The translations under genes and the position numbers were made by a program. This document shows, piece after piece, positions 28,594-37,535 of a DNA stretch of 63,775 nt. Source of the DNA: a virus. Lineage: Duplodnaviria > Caudoviricetes. The stretch is from the IMG/VR virus record IMGVR_UViG_3300033168_000002, positions 1 through 63,775 of that record; one strand, written 5' to 3'. The notes under the pieces were generated by a model. It was not told where the DNA came from, searched no databases, and worked only from the letters and a program-made list of their open reading frames with translations. Each line of letters starts with the position of its first letter. The first letter of the stretch is position 1.

Positions 28594-29088
28594 CTAATAG
28601 ACCGCGACTTTACGGGCCACGCCGTTGATCATCAGCGTGACGTACCCGGCCGGTGTCGCCGGCAGCGCTGCCCCCGCGCCCGCCGCCGGGGCGGCTGTCG
28701 TAAAGACGCCCGCCAGGGGATAATTACCCAGGCCGGGCGGGTTCATGACGACGGCGGAGATAACGTTGGCCGCGACCGTGACGGTCCCCAGCGCGAGGGC
28801 GTTGGCCGACGGCGCGACCGTGGCCAGGCTCCACGCGGGCGCCACGTCGGCGTCGCCCCAGGTGTAGTCGAGCCAGAGGGTATACGTGCCATTGACGGTG
28901 TTGTTGGGCAGCGTCGTCGTGACGAGCTGATCGTCGACCACCGTTCCGTCCAGCAGGACAGCCCAGGCCGGGGCGGTGATGGTGATGGTCAACGTCGCGC
29001 CGGCGGCCGTGGCCGCGATACCCGCGAACCCCGACGTGCCCAGCGTGGCGAAGACATCTTCCTGTGTGCGCTTTTGCGGTGAGGGCAT
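28594..29088 (-). CDS. Putative head fibre / decoration protein
   Basis: Beta-rich; C-terminal LPATPAGYVTLMINGVARKVAVY fibre-like motif; AGGAG RBS. Confidence 0.45.
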   Translation of the reverse strand: MPSPQKRTQEDVFATLGTSGFAGIAATAAGATLTITITAPAWAVLLDGTVVDDQLVTTTLPNNTVNGTYTLWLDYTWGDADVAPAWSLATVAPSANALALGTVTVAANVISAVVMNPPGLGNYPLAGVFTTAAPAAGAGAALPATPAGYVTLMINGVARKVAVY

Positions 29089-29223
29089 GGGTGACTCCTA
29101 CTTTCATCTGTGACGTGATCGGCAAAACAAACAAAAAAAACAACGCTGCATCGTGGACGGGTCCATCCGACCGGAGTCCGCCGTCTCGCGTTCCCGCACG
29201 CCGGTCCCACCTGTGTCACGCCG

Positions 29224-29263
29224 ACTATCGGCCATCGGGGACCGGGCGGGCAAGGGGCCGGGC
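29224..29263 (-). promoter_or_regulatory. Late-promoter-like repeat copy 2 (head operon)
   Basis: Same 21-mer at 29243-29263; TTGCCC-N18-GATAGT. Confidence 0.6.
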
Positions 29264-29320
29264 AAGAGAGGAACAGAGGAGCCCCAGGACCGCCACGCGC
29301 GCGCCCGCTCACGCGCCTCT

Positions 29321-29498
29321 GCGGTGTCCGCGGTCGCCTCAGCGGAGGCCGGACCTGACACGGCCGGTCTCCCGCGCCCCAGCCGGACGGCGTTGCGCCA
29401 GGCGCGCGCGTGGCGAGAGCAACGCGTCGGGATAGGTCTGACGCCGCGTCGTGGGCCGCGCGCCTGGCGCGGTGTCCGCGGTCGCCTCAGCGGAGGCC
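29321..29498 (+). repeat. 30-bp direct repeat GCGGTGTCCGCGGTCGCCTCAGCGGAGGCC x2
   Basis: Copies at 29321-29350 and 29469-29498. Confidence 0.9.
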
Positions 29499-31030
29499 AC
29501 GGCCGGCGGGGGCGGAGGCGCGCTTTTGCGCCCCGTTCCCGTTCCCGCCGGCTGGGTCGTCGTCGGCGGTGGCGTCTCCCCTTCTTCAGGAGGCTGTCCC
29601 TGGCCTGTCCCCTCCGCGGCCGGCAGGGCCGTGACCGTCGGTACGGGTGGTAAGAGGCCCGCGTCGTCGCCCTCCTCCAGCTCCGCCGGCGTGTCCTCCG
29701 CCCGCGCCAGCACGGCTTCTGGCGTGAGCAGCGATGAGCCCTTGGGCATCACGATCATCTGCCCCACCGGGTCATCGTCCGGCAGCGGATCGTAGCCCGC
29801 CGCCACGTACAACTGGTTGACGGAGAAGCCAGGCACGGAGCCGAGCTTCTGCGCGGCCTCGGCGCGCATGGCCAGGTCGATCACCTCGCGCTTCTCGTGC
29901 GCGGCGTGGAACGGGCCGTAGCGTTCGACCAGCGGGGTGTAGCCATCCTCGTCGAACTGGTCCAGGATCGGCGCGATCGTTTCCGACCAGAAAAAGGCAT
30001 TGGCCTCCTGGGCGTTGCGGTAGTTCGTCCCGTCGAAGTCGCCCACCATTTGCGGCGGGACGCCCAACAACTCGAACACCTCGTTGCGGCCCATCTTGGC
30101 CAAATCGACGATGGGCATGTCGCCGAGCGGGGACGCAATGGGCGTGTAGGTCGCGCCCATCCAGAGCATCGCCGTGCGGAACTTGGCGCGCGCGCCCTGG
30201 CGCATAGCCCGCCAGTCGGCCATCATGGCGCGCCGATCGATCTCGGGGATTTGGTTGGGCGTCGAGAGCACGCCGTCCACGATCGCGCCCCGATCGAAGA
30301 AGTTGAAGGTGAACTCGTTGATCAGGCGGTCCTTGGAGATGCCCAGCTCGCCCGCCTCGATGGCGCCGAGTCCCCACAGCGGGTCCATAGGGTTCCACCA
30401 CTTGACGTGCTGGATCTCCGTGGCGTCGTACCAGAGGGTCTCCGTGTCGCGGCCCGCCTGCACGAGGTAGCCATAGGCCAGGCTGCCCACCTGCGTCTGC
30501 GCGATCAGCACGCGGTCAGGCCGCAGACGGAACAGCGCGTGCGGCCGGCCTGCCACGTCCACGTCGTCGTAGGCGCAGATGCTGTTGCCCGTGAGGAGGT
30601 AATCCATGCATTCGGCTTGCTTGAACGCGCGGCCGCGCGTTTGGGGGTTGGGGGCCTTCAGGAGCGCGTGCAACGCCGGCACACGGTCGCGCACATCCAC
30701 GTCCGTGTCATCGTCGTCCAGGACACGCAGCGGAACCGAGGCGTAGTTGGACACGATAACGGAGGCCGCTTTATACACATTGGGGATCGTAATCGCGCCC
30801 AGGTAGCTCGTGTAGTCGCCCATGCGCTTGCCCTGACGGGCGCGCTCGATCCCCGTCGAAGAGAGCAGGTCGGCCACGTCGCGGCTGTCGCGTTGGCGTG
30901 GGGCGGCTTTGCCGGCCACACTGAGCACGCGCGCGATATGCTGGGCGCCCCGCTCGACGCGCGCCTGGGCCTGGCGCGCCAGGCCAGTCCGTGGCCCCGT
31001 CGATGGTGGTGTCTGTGGTGTCATCGCCAT
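29339..31030 (-). CDS. HK97-family portal protein
   Basis: LLKAPNP, LLTGNS, LRPDRV, IQHVK, NFFDRGA, LGVPPQMVG. Confidence 0.95.
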   Translation of the reverse strand: MAMTPQTPPSTGPRTGLARQAQARVERGAQHIARVLSVAGKAAPRQRDSRDVADLLSSTGIERARQGKRMGDYTSYLGAITIPNVYKAASVIVSNYASVPLRVLDDDDTDVDVRDRVPALHALLKAPNPQTRGRAFKQAECMDYLLTGNSICAYDDVDVAGRPHALFRLRPDRVLIAQTQVGSLAYGYLVQAGRDTETLWYDATEIQHVKWWNPMDPLWGLGAIEAGELGISKDRLINEFTFNFFDRGAIVDGVLSTPNQIPEIDRRAMMADWRAMRQGARAKFRTAMLWMGATYTPIASPLGDMPIVDLAKMGRNEVFELLGVPPQMVGDFDGTNYRNAQEANAFFWSETIAPILDQFDEDGYTPLVERYGPFHAAHEKREVIDLAMRAEAAQKLGSVPGFSVNQLYVAAGYDPLPDDDPVGQMIVMPKGSSLLTPEAVLARAEDTPAELEEGDDAGLLPPVPTVTALPAAEGTGQGQPPEEGETPPPTTTQPAGTGTGRKSAPPPPPAVASAEATADTAPGARPTTRRQTYPDALLSPRARLAQRRPAGARETGRVRSGLR

Positions 31031-32527
31031 TTAGAAGTCATCCTCGAAAAGCATGGAGGGGCGTCCGGGTCCCGTCGCCAACTTGTTGAACGCGCCCGAG
31101 CTCGCGTCGATCTGGTCCCAGTATTTGCCGTTAGGAGCCATCGTTAACTCCTCGATGTACGCCTGATTCCAGAGACCCTTGACCAGACACACGTTGCCCG
31201 CGTTGACCTGGGCCGAACACGGGAGCGCCCGCGTGATCTTGTCGCCGGTCACCCGCTCGACGCGCACGAGCGAACCCGCGAGCATCTTGACCGTGATCTC
31301 CGCCGACTCTTTGCCGCCCGAGCCGGGCTCTTGCTCGACCCACACGGTCACCGCCGATCCGTCGCGGTTCGTCGTATTCTCCATGACCTGATTGCGACTG
31401 TGGCTGGCCCACTGACCACGCTCGACATGTTCCACATAGAAGACCCCATCGTAGCCGCGCGCCATGCGCACGCCGGCCGTATAGGCGCCTGCGCCCTGCG
31501 TCCCCGCCTTGTCCCAGTAGCGCACGCGCTCGGCGTCCGCGGGGGCCGCGTCCACGATCCGCAAACGGCCGGTCTCGAAGAGGTCGCCGCCCGCCGGGAC
31601 CGGCCGTTGCTGAAAGAGCGCCGCGAACGGCCGCGCTGTGATCGCTTTGGCGATCTGCGCCAGGCGCGCCACGGGAAACTTTTCGTCCCAGAGCGCCGCG
31701 CCCTCCGGTCGCCCCAGCGGGTCGTCCTCTTCCGCCAACGCCGGTAAGCGCAGTTCCACCCACTGATCCGCCTCCGGGTCGGCCGCGGCCAGACGCAACA
31801 CGCGGCCCGCGAGGTCGTCCTCGCTCCAGCGCGTCATGATAATGACGATCGCGCCATTCTCTTCGAGGCGTGTGTAGGCGTCCGATAGATACCATTCCCA
31901 AATGCTCTCCTGGATCGTCGTGCTGGCCGCCTCTTTGGCGCCCTTGACGGGGTCATCGATGAGCAGGACATGCGCGCCCTTGCCCGTGATCGAGCCACCG
32001 ACGCCAGTGCTGGTGTAGCCGCCCCGATAGGGCGCCGCTAGATCCCACTCGCCGACGTTGCGCGAGTCGTCGGCCAGGGTGACTGCGTACGGCCGCTGGT
32101 CGTGTGTCCGATCGGTGCGCACATGCAGGCGACTCGGGCTGCCGCGTTGGCCGAAAACGGCGGAGAAATTGTGTCCGGCGATAAGATTGCGCGCCTTCCG
32201 GCTGAAGCGGTGCGCCAGGCTGGCCGCGTACGAACAGGCGATAATGCGCCTGTCCGGGTTGCGGCCCAGGAACCACGCCGGGAAAATCTCGCTGGTCAAC
32301 GTCGATTTGCCATGGCGCGGCGGGACCGAAATGATCAGGCGGGCAATCTCACCGCGCTCGACCGCTTCGAGCGCCAGGGCGATGCGGGCGTGAAAAGGCT
32401 TGGCGACAAAGCCACGGTAGACGTAGTGGCCGAAGTCGACCAACCCCCGCCGGGCGAGCTCACGCCGCGCCAATTCCCCTTCCGCCGCGTGCCACGAGTG
32501 CCCGCAGTTCGATCTCACTCCGCTCAC
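31031..32527 (-). CDS. terL: Terminase large subunit
   Basis: PPRHGKS, LLIDDP, IMTRW, YWDKA, DQIDA; start uncertain. Confidence 0.95.
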   Translation of the reverse strand: MSGVRSNCGHSWHAAEGELARRELARRGLVDFGHYVYRGFVAKPFHARIALALEAVERGEIARLIISVPPRHGKSTLTSEIFPAWFLGRNPDRRIIACSYAASLAHRFSRKARNLIAGHNFSAVFGQRGSPSRLHVRTDRTHDQRPYAVTLADDSRNVGEWDLAAPYRGGYTSTGVGGSITGKGAHVLLIDDPVKGAKEAASTTIQESIWEWYLSDAYTRLEENGAIVIIMTRWSEDDLAGRVLRLAAADPEADQWVELRLPALAEEDDPLGRPEGAALWDEKFPVARLAQIAKAITARPFAALFQQRPVPAGGDLFETGRLRIVDAAPADAERVRYWDKAGTQGAGAYTAGVRMARGYDGVFYVEHVERGQWASHSRNQVMENTTNRDGSAVTVWVEQEPGSGGKESAEITVKMLAGSLVRVERVTGDKITRALPCSAQVNAGNVCLVKGLWNQAYIEELTMAPNGKYWDQIDASSGAFNKLATGPGRPSMLFEDDF

Positions 32528-33017
32528 TCATGTCCACCGTTTCGTCGTCGTCCTCCTCCGCGTCGAGCAAGCGCGCCACACGCTCCTCGGTGAGGCAACC
32601 CATTTTCGCGAGTTGCACGAGTGTCTCGCGCATCGAGTTGAGCCACGCGACCTTGAGCACACGAAAAGGCGGTGCTTTCATTTCAATGCGGGCTCCGTCC
32701 ACCGGGTCGGCCACCTGCACCGCACGGTCGAACTTGCCCTCCAACCACTCCCGCTCGCGCCGGCACTCCTCGTGATACTTCTCCCACGCCTCCGTGATGA
32801 TGAGCTTGTAGTTCGCGACGACATAGGCCAGTGTCCCCGTCAACTCCTGCCTGGCCCACGCCAGGAGGTCGTCGCCGACGGCGGCCAGGTCACGCGCGAC
32901 GGTGTCGTCGGAGACGCCTAATTCAGCGCGGATCTGGCCGAGCGACTTACCGGCCACGATACCCTGGTAGACCTTTGCCCGGCGACGAGCCATTTGCTTA
33001 TCCGACAGGCGTGGCAT
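32460..33017 (-). CDS. terS: Terminase small subunit (N-terminal HTH)
   Basis: GKSLGQIRAELGVSDDTVARDL HTH; directly upstream of terL. Confidence 0.7.
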   Translation of the reverse strand: MPRLSDKQMARRRAKVYQGIVAGKSLGQIRAELGVSDDTVARDLAAVGDDLLAWARQELTGTLAYVVANYKLIITEAWEKYHEECRREREWLEGKFDRAVQVADPVDGARIEMKAPPFRVLKVAWLNSMRETLVQLAKMGCLTEERVARLLDAEEDDDETVDMSERSEIELRALVARGGRGIGAA

Positions 33018-33142
33018 ATGTTCCCCACACTCCGCAATACTCCGCACAACGCACGCATACACACGCGGATTAGGTCGCGCGTCCAGAGCGCGTGGAGAGA
33101 CCCAGTCGCCTCCGCGGAGGCCGCGCCCCAGACATGCACGCA

Positions 33143-33180
33143 GGCTAGGCGCGCACGACCGGGCGGGCAAGGGGCCGGGC
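33143..33180 (-). promoter_or_regulatory. Late-promoter-like repeat copy 3 (terminase operon)
   Basis: 21-mer at 33160-33180; TTGCCC-N17-TAGCCT. Confidence 0.62.
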
Positions 33181-33213
33181 AGGGAGGCGCCGCGCGTGGA
33201 GGCAGGAAGAGGG

Positions 33214-33591
33214 TTAGCCCGCCTCGGTCATGTAGGCCGGCCGCGTGGTCTCATCCCACGGCAGGTAGCCCAGCTCACAGCCCACCTCGAAGCGCGCGCT
33301 GACCCACTCAGCCAGCCGCTCGCGCAGGCGCAACGGCACGCTCCAGACACTCTCCTTGGGCCGCCAGGTGGCCGCTCCGTGCGTGGGGAACGTGGCGCGG
33401 AAATCGGCGTGCAGCGCGGACCTGTCGGCGGGTCTATCCGTCTTCCAGGCGATCAACAGCCGGCCGTCACGCTCCACACAGCGGACCCGCGCCTCACGCA
33501 CGCTCATCCGGCGCAGGGAGGCCGTCGTCGTGGGAGCCCCGCAGGACGCACAAGGACGCGCGACGCGTGCGGGTTGGGGCGCGACACCCAT
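33214..33591 (-). CDS. Hypothetical protein (HARP-like W.P....W motif)
   Basis: ATWRPKESVWSVP. Confidence 0.45.
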   Translation of the reverse strand: MGVAPQPARVARPCASCGAPTTTASLRRMSVREARVRCVERDGRLLIAWKTDRPADRSALHADFRATFPTHGAATWRPKESVWSVPLRLRERLAEWVSARFEVGCELGYLPWDETTRPAYMTEAG

Positions 33592-33883
33592 TAGGCGGCC
33601 TCGGCCGTGTCAGCGGACACCGCTGCCTCAGGTGTGGCCGCCGGGATCGTCACGGTCAACCCATGCACGACACGGAGCGCGTCGACGGCGGCCAATTCGA
33701 CGAGCGCGCCGGCCAGGCGCACGGCCAGGTCGCGCGTCAGCGGCTTCTGCGCGCTGGTCTGGTCACTCAGGTATTCAACCTCTGGCCGCGTCAGCGCCAG
33801 ATAGATGTAGGGCTCGTTCTCGCTCATCGCTCGTCCCTCGTGTGCGTTGGTCTGGACCATCGGTGTGATTGGTGTGGAGACCG

Positions 33884-34282
33884 TTATCTCGTGCCGCTAT
33901 CGTCGGCGACAGAGGGCGGGCGGGCAAGGGGCCGGGCGCGCACGCGCTGTGTGAAGGCCGCGATCCCCTGGTCCACATCGTCAATGCTCGTGGCGAGGAT
34001 GTAGGGTATCCCGCGCGCATCCATGTCCTGCTGAAACAGCTTTTGGGCTGGCCGCTGCTTGCCCCCTGGTCGCTTCACCTCAACGAAGGCGAGGAAGATG
34101 TACCCATCGACCACAAGACCAAACACAATATCCGCCGTCCCCGCCCGTGCGAGCGTGACCAGGTTGTTGCGCGCGTCGCGCATCCCGCCACTGTTCAACC
34201 GTTGCACGTAGAAATGTCTATAGCGCAGGTAGGTGATGATCGCGGCCTGGATGTCTCGTTCAGTGGCCACAGGCGCCGTCAC
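33884..34282 (-). CDS. VRR-NUC / PD-(D/E)xK endonuclease
   Basis: TERDIQAAI, GTADIV, FVEVKRPGGK..PAQ..F. Confidence 0.85.
   Translation of the reverse strand: MTAPVATERDIQAAIITYLRYRHFYVQRLNSGGMRDARNNLVTLARAGTADIVFGLVVDGYIFLAFVEVKRPGGKQRPAQKLFQQDMDARGIPYILATSIDDVDQGIAAFTQRVRARPLARPPSVADDSGTR
33898..33937 (-). promoter_or_regulatory. Late-promoter-like repeat copy 4
   Basis: 21-mer at 33917-33937; TTGCCC-N17-GACGAT. Confidence 0.55.
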
Positions 34283-34422
34283 GGACCCATCCAGACTCCA
34301 TCGCGGTGTCCGCTGACACGCCTTCCCTTGTGTCGCCATCGTTCGTTAGCTCCCCCTCGGGCCGTCGGCGAGCGCCATCACCGCCACCATGAGCACGGCC
34401 AGGCCAGCCGCCAGCAGCAGCG

Positions 34423-35001
34423 TCATGACGCCTCCCGTTCGTCCGTGAGCACATGGCGCCAGGTCTCGCCGCGGACAACACGCCGAATCGTGGCCCGGCT
34501 CACACCATACCGCTGGGCGAGCGCCTCCCCCGTCCAGCCGCCTCCGCTGTGTCCGAGGTCAGCGGACCTGACACGGCCGCCCGCGTCCAGGCCTCGGCTG
34601 AGGCGCCTGATCTCACGTACGGATGCCGGGGAGAGCCGCGCGTGCGCGATACCTTCCCCCCGCGCCACGCACGGTTCCCGGTCACCGCGCGTGAGCCCGG
34701 CCAGCAGCAACGCCACGCGCGCCACCACACGGCGATGACCGCACCGTTCGTCGTGCCACCAGCGTAGCGCGTCCACGCGTCCCCACGCTCCTTGCCGTTC
34801 GTCCAGCCCGACCCGCTTATAGATCAACGCCAGCCGGTTCTTGACCGCGTGGGCACTCACCCCGAGCAGGTCGCCAATCTGGCGGTTGCTGTGGTTGTGG
34901 TAGGCCACCTCCAGCATCACCATCATGCGCTCCGTCAGCCCGTTGCCGGCCTCCACCGAGGCGTCCTCCAACCCGTTGTCCGTGTCCAATGGGGTCTCCA
35001 T
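34423..35001 (-). CDS. Two-HTH regulator (LuxR-type N-terminal HTH), candidate late activator
   Basis: LTER...SNRQIGDLLGVSAHAVKNRLALIYKRVG; C-terminal LAQRYGVSRATIRRVVRGETW. Confidence 0.75.
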   Translation of the reverse strand: METPLDTDNGLEDASVEAGNGLTERMMVMLEVAYHNHSNRQIGDLLGVSAHAVKNRLALIYKRVGLDERQGAWGRVDALRWWHDERCGHRRVVARVALLLAGLTRGDREPCVARGEGIAHARLSPASVREIRRLSRGLDAGGRVRSADLGHSGGGWTGEALAQRYGVSRATIRRVVRGETWRHVLTDEREAS

Positions 35002-35164
35002 TCTCAGGCCGGTCCCCGTCGTGTCGCGTGATAGCTATGGCGACACACGTAAAAATGCGGCGCGGCGACGGGCTGGGTCCGCCGCGTCCGCTGACGCGCC
35101 ATCCGGGGCCGTCCGCGTTCGCACGGCCCCTTGTTAGCACATCTGTACGTGCTAAGGTGAGCAT

Positions 35165-35848
35165 ATGATGAGTGATACGCCGCATCGCCCCTATAGCGTT
35201 TTTGTCTCAGGACCAGCGGCGCCAGGGCTCACCGTTCCCGCTCCTCTGACACCGGTCAGTGTCGCCGCCACCTCTCTCGGCGTGGCCTCGCTGCTGATGG
35301 AACAACTGCTCGACCACAGCCCCGCCGTCGTCACACACAGCTTGCGCGTGGCGCGGCACGCCGCCCGCGTGGCGTCGCGGTTGCCGGGCGATCCCTGGCG
35401 CGGCCGGGAGAGCGAGGTGTACGCGGCGGCGCTCGTGCACGACGTCGGCAAGATCAACGAGCCGCTGGACATCCTGCTGGCGGCACGGCCACTCACGGCC
35501 ATCGAGTACGCCTGCATCAAGGGTCACCCGTTCCATGGCGTCGCCCTGGTGCGCCAGTACGCGGCCGTGTCGCCCTTGCTGGAGGAAGCGGCGTGGGGGC
35601 ATCATGAGTGGTGGGACGGCACGGGCTACCCGCGCCGCCTGGCGGGCGCGGAGATCCCGGCGATCGCGCGTCTGATCAGCCTGGTCGATGCGTTCGACGC
35701 CATGTGTGAGGATCGGCCCTACCGCGCGGGGATGACGCCGGCGGCGGCGCTTGGGGAGATTGAGCGCGGGGCCGCCACGCAGTTTCAGCCCGCGCTCGTG
35801 GCCTGGGTGTTGGCTCACGGGTTGCTCTCAGACTCCGACGGGGGATAG
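35165..35848 (+). CDS. Stand-alone HD-GYP cyclic-dinucleotide phosphodiesterase
   Basis: HSLRVA, ALVHDVGK, HHEWWDGTGYP, VDAFDAM..DRPYR all intact. Confidence 0.93.
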   Translation: MMSDTPHRPYSVFVSGPAAPGLTVPAPLTPVSVAATSLGVASLLMEQLLDHSPAVVTHSLRVARHAARVASRLPGDPWRGRESEVYAAALVHDVGKINEPLDILLAARPLTAIEYACIKGHPFHGVALVRQYAAVSPLLEEAAWGHHEWWDGTGYPRRLAGAEIPAIARLISLVDAFDAMCEDRPYRAGMTPAAALGEIERGAATQFQPALVAWVLAHGLLSDSDGG

Positions 35849-36174
35849 TCCCACGGATAACGCGGCAACGGCGGCACGACAAAGCGGTAGATGCGGTCGG
35901 CCTTCTCCTCGTTCGTATGCCCATCCCATTCCCCCTCGTACAGATCCCACACGGGGTAGGCTTCGCCCGACGCAAGGTGATAGCTAATCTGCCCGGTCGG
36001 CAGGTCGATCATCAACACCGGCCAGTCGGGCTCATTGGGGTCAACACGCAGCCCAACAGCATAGCCCCTTTCCTCCGCCAGCTTCGCCGCCAGTTGGACG
36101 GCACGGTTGCGGTCGGCGTACAGGGCGTCGCGCTCTGCAAGCAACTCGGTAATCACCTCTTCATGTGTAGGCAT
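35815..36174 (-). CDS. Conserved phage protein (WDGH motif)
   Basis: IDLPTGQISYH...WDGHT. Confidence 0.7.
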   Translation of the reverse strand: MPTHEEVITELLAERDALYADRNRAVQLAAKLAEERGYAVGLRVDPNEPDWPVLMIDLPTGQISYHLASGEAYPVWDLYEGEWDGHTNEEKADRIYRFVVPPLPRYPWDYPPSESESNP

Positions 36175-36356
36175 CGTTCACTCCTCCTCGTCGCTGTCGT
36201 CCTCGTCGTCATTGAGTATCGCCGCGCAGTCTGGGTGTACGTCGTGCCACACGATCGGCGCGTCTGATGGCGCGCCTGGCGCGGCCGTGCTTTGCGTCCA
36301 AATCTCCACGGAGCGGCCCCGGATCTCGCCGCCGCACATGAAGCATCTCTTCGCCA

Positions 36357-37535
36357 CTACCGTAATCCTCCCATCTCTTCACCGCCTCTCCCGGCGCCGA
36401 CCAACTCAGGCGTGATCTCGCCCCGACCACGCAGGTACGCGACCGCTTCCCGCGCCGATGTCAGGCCCTCGGCCGCCATCACCAAATCCAAAGACGATCC
36501 ACCCTGACCGCTCATGTGACAATGCCACAACCCCCGCTCCACATCCACCGACAGCGAGGGTGTCTGATCGCCATTGCCATGATGTGGTAGTGGACAATGG
36601 TAGACGCCGCTCCGGCTGACCTCGACGCCGTACCCGGCCAATACCTCCTCGAGGGGATGATCGCGCTTCCAGCGCTCGATCGGCGACTGACCCAGCGGCT
36701 CGAACGGACGCCACCGCTCCTGCGTCCGCTCCCTGGTCGGCTCCGGCGCCCGGTCCAGCGTCCCGATGCGCTCCTCTTCCAGCCAAGATCGCCGCTCAAC
36801 CTCTCTCATGACGTCTATAGTTGGTACCGAGAGGATATATCCCAACTGCCCCCCCAGTGTCGTCGCCACGGGCCGGCCATCCGGCAGAATGAATGGATAG
36901 CGCTCCCCGCTTTTCTGGTGCAGGCCGAACGGTCCCCGCACGCTGTAGCCGACCTTGCCCTCTCCTAACTCGTGCTGCTTGGGGTTGATCTCGACCGCGC
37001 CGCGTCCCTCGGCCATGCGCGCCCGTTCCTCCGCGCCGACGGCGTACAGCAGCAGGTTTTGCATCGACCGCGCCGGCACAGATTCGGCGGCGAAGATCCG
37101 GACACGCGCGCCACGCCGGGAGAGTTCGAGCGCGCTGCTGATGCCGGCCCGCTCTAGCCGCAGATGCGCGTCCCGCATCAGCTCACGCCCGTTGACCGGC
37201 TCGTACCACTGCACCTTACCCGGCTGATGCGGGTCAGGGACAGGCCGCTTGTCGTCGCACTCCATGACGCCCTCACGGCACAATGTCTGCCCGCCCGCCC
37301 GCTTGGCGCTGTAGAAGGCGAGCGTCGTCTGGCCGCGCAGGTGGCGTTCGATCAACTCATCGGTGACGGGCAGGGGCTTTTCCTTGCCGAACCGCTGGTC
37401 ATAGGCCCGGAGATAGTGCCCGCCCCGCTCCTGGCCCTCCTGGTCACGCCAGAGGGGCTGTTGAACGCAGTAGGTCTCATCGACGTAGGCGAAACGCTCG
37501 CGATAGGCATGGATGCGCGCGTCATGGCTAGCCAT
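36357..37535 (-). CDS. AEP-like primase with C-terminal CHC2 zinc finger
   Basis: IERHLRGQTTLAFY, ELSRRGA, INPKQ, GPFGLH (TOTE-type AEP-like); CPLPHH..DQTPSLSV...WHCH...GSSLDLVM (CHC2). Confidence 0.75.
   Translation of the reverse strand: MASHDARIHAYRERFAYVDETYCVQQPLWRDQEGQERGGHYLRAYDQRFGKEKPLPVTDELIERHLRGQTTLAFYSAKRAGGQTLCREGVMECDDKRPVPDPHQPGKVQWYEPVNGRELMRDAHLRLERAGISSALELSRRGARVRIFAAESVPARSMQNLLLYAVGAEERARMAEGRGAVEINPKQHELGEGKVGYSVRGPFGLHQKSGERYPFILPDGRPVATTLGGQLGYILSVPTIDVMREVERRSWLEEERIGTLDRAPEPTRERTQERWRPFEPLGQSPIERWKRDHPLEEVLAGYGVEVSRSGVYHCPLPHHGNGDQTPSLSVDVERGLWHCHMSGQGGSSLDLVMAAEGLTSAREAVAYLRGRGEITPELVGAGRGGEEMGGLR

Noticed and set aside
10906-31147. Long plus-strand ORFs (e.g. 10906-12315, 19802-21361, 25208-26419, 29897-31147)
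   Set aside because: Antisense shadows of high-GC structural genes, with no motifs.
35001-35165. c-di-GMP riboswitch upstream of HD-GYP or the LuxR-type gene
   Set aside because: Hairpins exist, but the GEMM GGCAAA/GCAAA motifs are absent on both strands.
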